A stretch of DNA of 64,000 nt from Oopsacas minuta (Eukaryota > Animalia > Porifera): positions 620,001-684,000 of the forward strand of contig JAKMXF010000033.1 of the NCBI GenBank assembly GCA_024704765.1, given 5' to 3'. Position 1 is the stretch's first letter. Each line of letters opens with the position of its first letter. Positions 37,598 to 50,069 of the stretch are shown one piece after another. The position numbers and the translations under genes were made by a program. The notes beneath the pieces were generated by a model, which saw only the letters and a list, made by a program, of their open reading frames with translations, was not told where the DNA came from and ran no database searches.

Positions 37598-39484
37598 ATG
37601 GATGAAGTTGATCGTATAATAATATCTACCTTGGGTGAACTAGGTTGTCCAGTAGATGACGTCACATCTCTATCAGATTTTACTGTAGCACTCGTAATAG
37701 AAGGTACAGTAAGATGTCTTACTGCTATTATTCCAGATTTTAACTGTTCTATGGTTCTACCCAATCAGCTGGCAAAGCAATTCCGTGTAGGGCAGCAGCT
37801 AGCAAACTCATGTGTTTCACTAGGTTATCGAGGGGAGATTGGATATCAGACATTTCTATACGCTAACCTCATAGAATGGAGAAGAGTGTTTGTGTTTTTG
37901 ATTGAATCTCTACCAAAAGCAGCGTACAGGGCTGGGGGAGATTCGTCTGCGTCTGAACAAGCTCTCCTGCAGAGACGGATAATGAAAGCACTGCAGGCAT
38001 CTGTACAAGAGTTTGATTGTCCACCGGTTAATTATTTACCCGTGTTTAGTGATAGTAAAATGAAGTTCCATAGAAGTACAGGCGCTCATAGGACTATTCC
38101 TCTCACTTTACCCAATCCTGATTCAGATAGTTATTTTCATAAAGTTCTACTACCACCTTTATGTCTTCAGCAATACAACCCAGGAGCTCTATACTGGAAT
38201 CCATGGTGTGCTAGTTGTCTAGAATACCTCAGTTCTCAGAAGGCAGCTCAACTAGAACAAGAATATTTACAGTTACATAATACTAGTAAACATGGTTATG
38301 ATACACAAACACGTAGAAAGGAGATGTTTACACAGAAACTAGCGGAAGGACTGAGACACGGAATGATGGCTACTAAACACGAGAATCAAAATAATGATAT
38401 TTCTAATTCACTCTCAGATATTCTGACTTCTTTCCAGTCAGATGGCGCTCCTCTCAGAGGCAATGAATCTATCTTCCAGGCAACTGAGAAATTCCATTTC
38501 TCTCAGACCAAGCCGTTAGCACCCTCTGTACCACAACTAGGTGCAAGTAAACCGGTGGAAGATTCTAGGAAGCAACGTGAACAGTTACGCGAAGAACTGA
38601 CAGAGAAACTAGCTCTTATCTCACAGAAGATCGCTAGCTTGGAGTTAGAAATAAGTCGTGTTAAAATGAGTATAGGACCTACCCGGGAACAGCTGATGCT
38701 GCAATTACAGAAGAATGCAGAAAACAAGGAGCTTATACGTAGCAAGAAACGAGTGTTAGAGCTGGTTGCAGGGTCTCATGAGGAGGGATTGGAGAATGCA
38801 GCCAAGCTAGAAGAAGTTGTACGAACTATGTTAGCACGTATACAGCTTGATTCTGAAAAATGGGAAGTACAACGACTTGAATTGTACGAAGAAATTCGTG
38901 GTTTAAGAGACACTATGAATACCAGTAAAGATGAGCTGGAGAGAGAAACTAGACAATTACACGAGTTGAAGGAGAAAATGCGAGATTGTGCTGAAGAGAA
39001 TCAAGTGAAAGATGCTACCCTCGTACAGTTAAGAGAGGAATATGAAAATGTTAATAAAGACACACAAAGATCCTCCTATACAAACCGGATAATGGAGATT
39101 CTAGCTAATATACGTAAACAGAAAAAAGAAATTGAAAAAGTATTGTCTGATATGAGACAACTTCAAAAAGAGATTAATCAATTAGAAGGGAAGGTGGGTA
39201 GAATTTACTCACTAGCTGATGAGAAGATTTTCAAAGCAGCGAGAAAAGATGAATCTTTGAGAGATTTATACAAGAATTTAGTTACTCTTCACAGTACATT
39301 TGGTAATATCACAAATACTATTGAACAAACGGGGTCTACTGAAAGGTATATAAAGGATCTGGAAGATCAAATTGATGACGAGAAGGCGAAAGAGGTCAGT
39401 ACTAATCTGAAAAGTATGCAGAAAGATTACCAACTTCTTGTTCAAGAAAATGAAGAAATGCAAAAAAAGGTTGCTGCGAAATAG
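37598..39484 (+). CDS. CCDC22: Coiled-coil domain-containing 22 (CCC/Commander), intronless, 628 aa
   Basis: MDEVDRIIISTL, LGYRGEIGYQTFLY, RSSYTNRIMEILANIRKQKKEIEKVL. Confidence 0.95.
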   Translation: MDEVDRIIISTLGELGCPVDDVTSLSDFTVALVIEGTVRCLTAIIPDFNCSMVLPNQLAKQFRVGQQLANSCVSLGYRGEIGYQTFLYANLIEWRRVFVFLIESLPKAAYRAGGDSSASEQALLQRRIMKALQASVQEFDCPPVNYLPVFSDSKMKFHRSTGAHRTIPLTLPNPDSDSYFHKVLLPPLCLQQYNPGALYWNPWCASCLEYLSSQKAAQLEQEYLQLHNTSKHGYDTQTRRKEMFTQKLAEGLRHGMMATKHENQNNDISNSLSDILTSFQSDGAPLRGNESIFQATEKFHFSQTKPLAPSVPQLGASKPVEDSRKQREQLREELTEKLALISQKIASLELEISRVKMSIGPTREQLMLQLQKNAENKELIRSKKRVLELVAGSHEEGLENAAKLEEVVRTMLARIQLDSEKWEVQRLELYEEIRGLRDTMNTSKDELERETRQLHELKEKMRDCAEENQVKDATLVQLREEYENVNKDTQRSSYTNRIMEILANIRKQKKEIEKVLSDMRQLQKEINQLEGKVGRIYSLADEKIFKAARKDESLRDLYKNLVTLHSTFGNITNTIEQTGSTERYIKDLEDQIDDEKAKEVSTNLKSMQKDYQLLVQENEEMQKKVAAK

Positions 39485-39585
39485 CTAAATAATCGCATGT
39501 ACTATTTATGAATATACGTTGTAAAATATATTTGTCTCTAGCATTGTTAGAATGAGAGTTTAGTTCTTTCTGAAATTAATATTGT

Positions 39586-39700
39586 CTATACATAGGAGAT
39601 ATGCTATACATAGGAGATATGCTATACATAGGAGATATGCTATACATAGGAGATATGCTATACATAGGAGATATGCTATACATAGGAGATATGCTATACA
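39586..39700. repeat. 18-bp perfect tandem repeat x6.4 (CTATACATAGGAGATATG)
   Basis: Units at 39586, 39604, 39622, 39640, 39658 and 39676, plus a partial copy. Confidence 0.95.
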
Positions 39701-39978
39701 TTACTTTCCTATAATTAATTTATTCAAAGATTACTGTAAGTTTAATTAACGAAAGTCATTATTCGATAGTCTAATACGATCATACTCAATCACGATACTG
39801 TCACAAGCAAATAATTGAAATGAAACTTTGTAAGAGTAAGAGCCCAAAATATTGCCTCTCATAATATATGAAAATAGGCTATGACGTGCCTCGTCTTCAG
39901 GTTTAGTTTTCGGTGAGTATAAATAGGAATTCTTAGACCAAAAATCAAAGATTGTTATTATTGAATATATATTCGGCT

Positions 39979-42900
39979 ATGTCTATCCTCTTTCTACACG
40001 AATTCGTAAAAATATCTTTTAGTATACTTTATTCTCTGTGAGTAATGGCAATTATAGCATTTTGACAATTATTATTATTCTTTATTGTTTTATTATATTA
40101 ATGTACAGCCCATGTCAAGATTATACCGGTTCATAAGCCTGCTTCCCAGGCCTTCCCAACAGTTGTCCCTTCGCCTGCCTACGTCACGCGCCTTCTCTGG
40201 CATCATTCCTAAGGTAGCTGGAATCAACAAGAGTAAACAGGTGGTGGAGGATTATGACAAATATGTAGCACAAAACTATACTCCTCTGAAAGACGTAGTG
40301 ATAGCTAGAGGAGAAGGTGTGTATGTATATGATATAGAGGGAAGACGTTATTATGATTTTTTGACTGGATACAGTGCTATGAACCAAGGACATCGACATC
40401 CTAAGATCCTAGCTGCTCTCAAAGAACAGGCTGATAGACTCACACTAACAGGTCGGTGTTATTACAATGACATGTTGGGGAAATATGCTAAATACGCTAC
40501 AGAGCTGCTAGGCTATGACAGACTACTCCCTATGAATGGAGGAGTGGAGGCTTCAGAGAGCTCTATCAAGATGTCTAGAAGATGGGGCTATGAGGTAAGC
40601 AATCTTATAATGCTTATACATATTTTGGGAAATGTCACACTACAGTATTTCACACCTTATTATCCGAGTCAATCGATCAACAGAATACACGAATCGGATA
40701 ATTGATTGGCTGAGTTGGATGATTGAATGAGAAATACACTGTAGACTGTGCAATCTTGTATCCAATGAAAGATTATAATACAGTTCAGTAGCTGGGTTCG
40801 ATAAATCAGACTCAATGGACCGCGATAATTACTCCGATATAATGATAAAATTTCTGTTGCTTTGAAGGTTTGGGACCATATTTGTACAATTACAGACTTC
40901 GATATAACTTTGTTCTATATAATGGGAGTTGACCGTATGTATCTAGTATAAATACTACACAACTAGCTAAATAAGTTTTATTTTTCTCTCCTCTCAGGTG
41001 AAAGGAGTACCAGACAATGAAGCTAAAGTTATTCTCTGTCGCGGCAACTTCTGGGGAAGGAGCATTGCTGCTGCTAGCTCTAGTACTGACCCTTCCTGTT
41101 TCATGGGGTATGGCCCATTCGTTCCCGGATTTGAACTTATACCATTTAACGATATTCCAGCCCTAGAGCATGCTCTCAAGGACCAGCATGTTGTAGCATT
41201 CATGGTAGAGCCGATACAAGGAGAAGCTGGTATTATTGTACCGGACAAGGGATATCTGAGTAAAGCTAGAGAGCTGTGTACTAAGAATAATGTACTGCTT
41301 ATCTGTGATGAAATACAGTGTGGATTAGGAAGGTAAGATTGTATTACTTATACAAGGGAATGGTAAAAATTTTAGATCATTTGGGAAATCATTTCTAATT
41401 CTGTAATAAATCTGGATATTTTGGGTAGATTCATAGGGTGATGAGTGTACACGAGAGGAGCCTCTCTATCTCTATTTATGTATGTCTGTTAATCCTATAG
41501 ATCTGGTAAGATGCTAGCTAGCGAGTATGAATCAGTACGTCCAGACATATTAGTGCTAGGTAAAGCTCTATCTGGTGGATTTATGCCTATATCAGCAGTA
41601 CTAGCAGATGACCAGTATATGTCTATGATGAAGTCTGGCACACACGGTTCTACATTCGGAGGTAACCCTCTTGCATCAGCACTAGCCATCGCTTCTCTTA
41701 GAGCTATCGTAGAAGGAGGTATGTGTGAAAACGCGTACAAGATGGGTGAGATATTCCGCAAAGAAGCAGCTACGTTTAGGCGCGATATAATCAGAGATGT
41801 AAGAGGAATGGGACTATTCAATGCTATTGAATTAAACCCCAATTGTGGAGTAAGTGCTAGTACAGTTAATGAGAAGCTACGTGATCATGGTATACTATCT
41901 AAATCTACTCATGAGTATACGTTCAGGATGGCACCAGCTCTTACGATTAACGAGGAACAGCTGATGGATGCTCTATCTCTCATGAAGAAAGCATTAGAAG
42001 AATGTTAAGCTAGTTTAATACAGACTAATGATTCCCATTACTACTCGCTACAGATTATCAGATTATTTCTACTCTTTATTATTCCGTCCTTATTCTAATT
42101 ATTTCATATATTTGTATTGAAATACATTAATCTCTGTTTATTGTCAATAGTATTCCGAATCTAGTCTAGTCTCTATTTAGCAGATACTCAATTTGGACGG
42201 TTACGCCAGAGAGCGAGATTTTTTAAGAGGTGGGAATGTCAAGTCCAACGGCTCCCAACCTGAGGTCTAGGGACCATTGGTGGTCCACGGTAGACAGCAA
42301 GGGGTCAAGAGGATCTGAAAATTTATATTGCTGTATGGAATGGCTCAACAGATTGTGTTATAATTGGTATATGAGACCCATGAGCCAACAAAGTTGGGAA
42401 AGCTGTGTCACCCCAGTCAATAAACATTTATGGTAAAATTAACTGCACCGAATTGAGTGGTTCCTGAAAATACAACATACACCTATAAAGAATGTTACTA
42501 TTTATAGTAACTTCATTTAATTTAAAATCCATTATTAATATTTCATCATTACTAAAACAGTTAGCTAATGTTTCATTTAACAAGATTACAGAACTCTCCA
42601 CGCTGGGAACCTAATCTTAAATCTCTTACTGCTTTAACAGCTGATAATATATTCTACATCAGCTCTGTAACAGGAGCTACAGACTATCTAGCTGTATCTC
42701 TCAGTACTCACTCAAAGTAAGATCTCAAACATGGTTTCCCTATACCAGCGCTTTCTAACCTTTATCACTCGTGGATCATGGATCCCCTATATTAATTTTA
42801 ACACATTCTGTGGCTCCCTCCCATAGACAAATTTTGAGATCCTGTTGACCCCTCTGTCGTCAGTGGACCACCAAGAGGTCCATGGACCCTAGGCTGGGAA

Positions 42901-45900
42901 CCACTGGCTTATTCTAATCCAATTAAGAGACTACTAATTTGGTTAAGATACACATAACTAGACATTCGTGAAAAAGAACCGCTAATTATTTAGTGTCATT
43001 AGCTAATCTTGATTTAATCCCTATCTTCTCCAGTTCTGTTACCAATTCATCTTCCTGATGCATTTTGAATAATATATCCATACCTCCAAGTAACTCTCCA
43101 TTGAAGAATATTTGAGGTATTGTAGGCCAGCTGGTGTATTCCTTAACTCCCTGTCTTAACGAGTTATCTTCTAGCACATTGATGCTAGAGAACTGTACAC
43201 CGTGTATTTGTAATATCTGTACTACAGCCTTACTGAATCCGCACATAGGACGCTCGGGTGTGCCTTTCATGAATACAACAACTTTATCACTGTTTATTAG
43301 TGTACGAATTTGTGTATTTACTTCACTATCTTCCTCCGTTGTATCTGAGTATAATCTCCTCTGAGGTATAGCCATAGGGAGGGTGTAAGGTATTGAGTAA
43401 TATAGTGATGTAGATATATAGCGTGTTGTTATGACAGGATGTAGTGTAGATATTGTGATTAACTTCCGTAGGTTTAGTACTTTCTTATAAGCCATTTCTA
43501 TTGAAATTATAATATCTATAAATTGCTACAGTTATCTCCCGTTATATCGAACACGGATATATAGACATTCCCGGTTATTTCGAAGTCTGAATTTATATAC
43601 ATATGATCCCAAACCATATTTATACCATTTAAGAGTACCATAAACTTCTTTGGTTATATCGAACTCCGCTTATAATTATCGCGGTCCCTTGAGCTTCTAT
43701 ATAACGGAAGTTGACTGTATAAGAAAGTATTTTAGTTATACGTATATGTTGTTTGTAGAGTCAAGTGTCGAGTAGTAATTCTGAGTATATCACATCCAGA
43801 GACGAGTTTAGAAGATGCTACTCTCCTACTCTACACTTCATCTCCTATCATATTTAGCTCTACACGTAACTCTACTGGATTACTGGTCAGTTTATTGTAT
43901 ATTATTAATATTAGATAATCATACAATCTCTCATAATTATCACACTATAACCCAAAATATTAACATTTTCAGGAAACGAAATAATATAAAAAGCCAAAGA
44001 CAAACTATTTACAATCTAAAATTCTAAAAATAATTAATCCTACTTGCTCTTAGCAACCAAGTTATTCCATAATATGTATGCAAGATTATTTGTTTTTGTA
44101 GAATTCTTCCTTGACCTGTATTAACACACCATCCGTGAACACTACATCAATAGCAGTATGAGCCATAGCTATGCCAGCTATAAGAGTAATTTCATGTGAT
44201 TCTATGGTATTAGACGCTAGATTGAATTCAGTAGTGTGGTTAACTGAGGTTGTATTGAGAGCATATGTTGGGTGTATGCTAGGAACCTCGTAGGAGACAT
44301 TACCCATGTCTGTTGAGAAACTAGACTGTGCCTTATCGGTCTCTATGTCAGGATACGTCATGCCCAACTCCATAGAATTGTTACGATAGATCTCAGCTAA
44401 TATTGAATTTGTTCTCATATCGAAATATGGGATATCACTCTTATTAATAACTACTGTACAACCAGTAGCTGTAGCTCCTGCCTATACAATTAATATGTAA
44501 ATATAACACTGAATTTCTCATATTGCTGATAAACTAATCTTACATTAAAACATCCCTCTAGTTTATCCATCAGCTGTTCCAGTTCAGCGTTATTAGGTGC
44601 TCTAATCATATAACTGAGCACTGCTCTATCAGGTATAACATTAGGTTTTAATCCTCCGTCCGTGAATACTCCATGAGCTCTCCATGTAGGTTTAAATTGC
44701 TGTCGCATCATAGAGACAGCAGAGTATGCATTAACTGCAGCATCCAATGCATTAACTCCCTCCCATGGATATGCTGCTGCATGTGCTGGCTTACCCGTGT
44801 ATGTAATTTCCATACCGTTTAAGCTTAATACATTTGGGTATATTGCGTTAAAATTAGCAGGATGTACCATAATAGCAAAATCTATACCCTTGAATGCTTC
44901 TTTACTTAACATCTTTATCTTACCGCCACCTCCTTCCTCCCCCGGGGTACCTATAACAAAATATTTATATCACTATTTATGCTATAATCAATCGGTTTAC
45001 ATCTCCGAAACGATAAATTTTATCGTTTCGTTCGATATTTCTAAAGATAGGAAAAAATACCGGGAAAATCTCGCGAAAATACCGAAAAATATCTAAATAT
45101 CTAAATAAAAAAATGTAATATATTATCGATATTTTTCATGTCTCACCCATAACAGTTAGCTTAAGTTTAACATCTGGGAATATTTCAATCACTGCTTTAA
45201 TCCCAATAGCAGCTGCTAATCCTGCTTCAGCTATGAGATTATGTCCACATCCATGCTCTACTCCAGGTAGTGCATCATATTCACATATTACGCAGGCGTT
45301 AACATCTGGTTCATCACTCTGAGTATAGTATATAGCTTTGAATGCTGTCGGAAGGATGTATGACCTTTCAACTTTGAACCCTTCTGCCTGTAAGAAATCT
45401 GTGAGTATAGCATGAGCCTTTACTTCCTCCATCATAAGTTCTGGGTGTTTCCATATCTGTTGACTAGCCTCTCTCAACTTATCTCTAGCTCTCTCTCTAT
45501 AGCTCCTGTTATTATAGATTTGGCATCTGTTATCTTCGCTTCATTGCTTTTCGGCTTTTCATTTTCTGGTATCTTTTGGCTCATATCTGCTTCTTGAATA
45601 ACTGATGTACAAAATACTTATTAACATAGTAACGAACGGTTTAATTCAATTGTAGTACGCTTGGCTTGCTAAGACGTTTCCCGACGTAAACAAGTACCCA
45701 ATATTCGGCATTTCGTGCCTCGAGTAGTGAAATAGTAGGACGTGGGTTCCAACCTGGAGTCCACGGGTGAATAAGGTTGGGAACAGCTGTTACGGAATAT
45801 AGTAATATATGTTATACGATTAGTCATCCATTCTAGAATTTATACAACATAGTATAGTAAGTAACACAGTATATTTTACGAATCTTTGTCCAGTCCCGAG

Positions 45901-48900
45901 GAGGCAGGAGACTCGTCTTGTACATCTCCTATCTTCTTACCATCCATCTTCTGTTCCAATAGAGAATGCATTAGTCGCTCATTCGTCAGCGGAGAATGTA
46001 CTGGAGAAGCCGATTCAGGCTCTATGTCTGTGAGAATCTCAGGTTGATCAAAACTAGGAGCATCAGATAGGAATTTATTCAAATCATCATCTCTTGCTAC
46101 ATCTCCCTCTATCTCCACCTCTCCCAGCTGTTTGTCATACTCAGAGGATCCTTGGAACTTCCTATCCACCATCCCTGGTCTTAATGTGCCATACTCTTTG
46201 TATTGTAACATCTGTTGTTGGAACGATTCCGCTAAAAATCTCTGTTTCTGAGCTAAACTCTCCATACGCTGGCGCTCACTGGTTTCTCGTTGTACGTCTC
46301 TCACAACTTTCAGTTTCACGTCCATTTGCTTTAGTTCTTCTTGTCTTGTCTGTTTGTAGACAGAGAACCGACGAAACTCTTCCATTTTAGCTCGCGACAT
46401 CTGTACCTGTGCATTCAAGAGGTCTAGCTCTATCAGACGGAAATTTATCGAACTAATCTCATCAGAGATAGTTGATAAATCTGTTCTTATCTTATCTACC
46501 ATCTGTACTGTTTCAAGTATAGCTTGTAATTCCTTGTGAAACCCATTGTATACTTTCCAACTTTTCTTCGCTTGTTTGTTTACCCTAGCTATCACACGAC
46601 CTAGTCGGTCACCCTCTCCAGCTGATTTCACTGCTCTCTTCCTTATTTCTGCTAAGTTTGCTGCATTCCAAGCCACCAATTCGTAACCAACTCTTGGCGT
46701 GTATATTGCTGCAACTTCTGATGTATCTTCTTGCCCTGGAGCTTCAGCTGTTCTCTTCTTCACGAAGTTAGTAGCGAATTTACGCATCGTGCTCACCTCC
46801 CTGCTGAGCTCCTCTTGAAGAGAGTGAGAAGCATTTGAGAGAGTTTGCCAGGGACGAGGCCAAGAGCCAGACATTCTCTACTATAAACGAATAAACCAGC
46901 GAATATATGAATGTATTTTTATTATAAAGATCACAAAAACCACTTACTTACATAATTGTTCTCAATTATATTATGTAAGATAGCGTGTTTATAATTATGG
47001 CAAATGGATATATGTGCCTCATTATCCTATCCATTTCTATTGGCAATTACTATACTACTTGTTTAGACAGTTGGTGATAAAGTGAATGATTTTAGGGACT
47101 ATCTTGTGTGAATTATTTCATCCATTGTCACTCTACTCGTATTTTAACTCAATGAATCCATGTACTATACTTTCAGGTTAATACATGATTTTGTGATCAC
47201 CGTATGTATTCTTAATTCACGTAACCGTACGTGACCTTACGTATAAGCTCCGCCCCTTTTATTTCTGTAAGAATTTAGAGATAAATAACAAATTTATCTA
47301 GAATACCAGGGCCATAGGAAGCGGTGCAGTCACTTTGGATTCACTACACCGGGCCTGACTACAGTCATGGAACATAATCAACATGGGATTTTCTAACCAG
47401 CAACCCGTGATCCGCTTCACCAAATAAGGTTACTGCATGGTGTAATATTTCAATATAGCAACCTACTCAATTCATCATCAATTATTGCAACCATCCAATA
47501 TACTTATTATACATTTATTGAATAACTATTTGTGGTAACATTCAGCAACTTATGAGTACAATTTATTATGTGAATCCTATAATTAATTGTTCTTCCATCA
47601 GAAACAATACCACTATAATGAATTATGTACAAGATGGTTTCTTATGGTGCAACCATCATATCCTATGATTAGATCTTGACAGCTTAGATACCACATTAGT
47701 ATGTAGTAACAAGGCTTTGCTATTATCCCAAGGTTTCACGTGCACATAGCTATCTATCTTTCAGCTACCGACTCAAGATAACACATTATGATTATTGCAC
47801 GCTGAATGGGAGATGTCTTATAACAACACTGCTATGATCTCTGCTGAATTCTTTCGGTAGTTATGGTATCGTGATTAGGATCAGACACTAATTCGAATTA
47901 TATTTATTGAACTGAAATTCAAAATTTGACGTTTGAAATGGAGAAAACTATTATTCGTGAAGGTTATGTAAAAGTTGGTAAAATAGTTGGCAGAAACATG
48001 AAACGTAAATATTTACGTTTGAAATGTGCATCAACAAACACAATACTAGCTCATATTGAGTATTATGATGATGAAAAGCAATCCAAAAAGAAGAATACTC
48101 CGAATAAAGTTATTCCTATGCGTTCTATCGCAGGGGTACACAAGATAGAAACCAATTCCCCGTTAAAATCCCCCTCAATGGTTCCTTATCATATCAAACT
48201 AGAACTTGTTAAAGACAAGGATAAACTGCACGATATTTATTTCGAAATTGATCCAAAGGATAATTTTGACGATTGGGTGAGTGACCTAGAATTCCTAGTA
48301 CGTCTCCCTGAGCTAAAGATTCCGATTAGTCATATCCCCTTATATGACTGCAGGAGTCCATTTGATCTGAGTATTGTAGAACGAGAAGGGTTTGAAGATG
48401 CATGTCCAGTTTATATCATCAAGAAGGAGTTGGGAGGAAGTTCTTACTTCGAACAGCCGAATGTAATTCTAGCTCTCAAGAAGAATGTTATTCTATTCCT
48501 TGACATGCAGACAGGTTCTCAGCTGTTAGCATTTGATATACAATTCCTACGGAGATGTGGTAACTGGCAACAGCTAATATTCGTAGAAGCAGGTCGTAAG
48601 TCTGTCACTGGGGAAGGATATCTATGGATGTACGTGGAATGTGTAACACTCGCTAAATACTTATACTCCAGTATGTCTAGTATAATGGGTAGTGCTGGTA
48701 ACAAACGGATGGAGCGTAATCTAACATGGAAACAGTACTGTAGCGAATTGTATATGAAATCTAATAACATCAAATCCTCAAATAACTCTCTACCCAATTC
48801 GTTGCCAAGCTGTCAAGAACCTTTCTATATGAACAATGACGTCAGAAGACATCACTCGCTTGTTGACGCGAACAAGCAAGCAGGTTCTAGACTGAGTGAA

Positions 48901-50027
48901 GAGGGGGTATTCTTCTCTGAGACAGGGGTGTTGGATGTTCGTAGCTCCGCATTCACAGACAGAACCTCATACGCATCCTGGTCCTCGGTAATGACACAGG
49001 AGTCCAATTTATCTGTCAGTAGTGATATGTCTAATCCAGATACTAGATATAAATCTGCTACGTTAGATAGGAAGGGGTTTAGGTTCGGAAAGAGACAGTC
49101 CCGTAGCTCTAAGGAGAGCAAATATTTCAGAGTAGGTAACTCTAAGTTCTATAACGGAAACTCATTAACTGATGCTATTCTAGATGCTCCCCTCCCAGTT
49201 TCTACTCCTATCTACCAGGCCCCGTCTAACCTCCCTATTCCCCCTCCCCTTTATCAGACACTCCCTTCTAATCGTGCTAGAGCTACTCTATTCTCAGACA
49301 AACAGTATAACTTATACAAACTAGTTTCTAACAACAAAAAAGTAGATTTCTCTCAGTCTCAAGAAACACCTCGTCCTTCTGACATTTATGACCACTTAGA
49401 TTCAAACCAAGACTCTACACCAGTAGCTCATAGCTCTAGACTACGTGCTAACACATGGCCAGATGCACAGTACATTGATTCTAGCCAGGAAGACTCTTAC
49501 ATGAAGATGGCCACCCCTGATATCCCTGTACCCATCTCTAACCCCTTCTCCTATCTCAATGGAATGTCAGCTAAATCTGAGCTACTAAAAATGTCCTCAC
49601 AAGCCTCTCCTAGGGTAAGAGACTTCCTTACAGAGCTACAGGCTAATCAGATTTCAGAGTCAACAGATGAATTATATGAAGTTATGTCTCATCCAGGTTC
49701 TATAGGTGATGACGTCATGAGTTTGAATAGTATGGACTCTAAGCGTAGCAGTTTAAATTCAATACAATCTCAGCCTGTGTTCAATAGTCCAGATTATATG
49801 AATCAGGAATTTGTTATTCAAGCTAATCAAGCTGCTGCATACCTGCAATCTCTTAGTATCAAAGAAAAGGAAGATACACTCAAGAAGAATAAATTAAATT
49901 ATATAACGCTAAAACACGGTTGTGTACCCGTTCAATCTACGAATAATACTAACGAAATGAAGACAGAGTATGACCTGATAGACCATAAGGCTTCTAAAGT
50001 AATGTTTGAAACAGTTATCCACCACAG

Positions 50028-50069
<42 letters not shown>

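Noticed and set aside
39586-39700. 18-bp array as CRISPR or coding repeat
   Set aside because: No spacers, and it is not part of a supported ORF.
47300-47440. GC-richer segment as snRNA, SL RNA or other ncRNA
   Set aside because: No match to the U1/U2/tRNA motifs I know and no clear Sm site; needs an Rfam/Infernal search.
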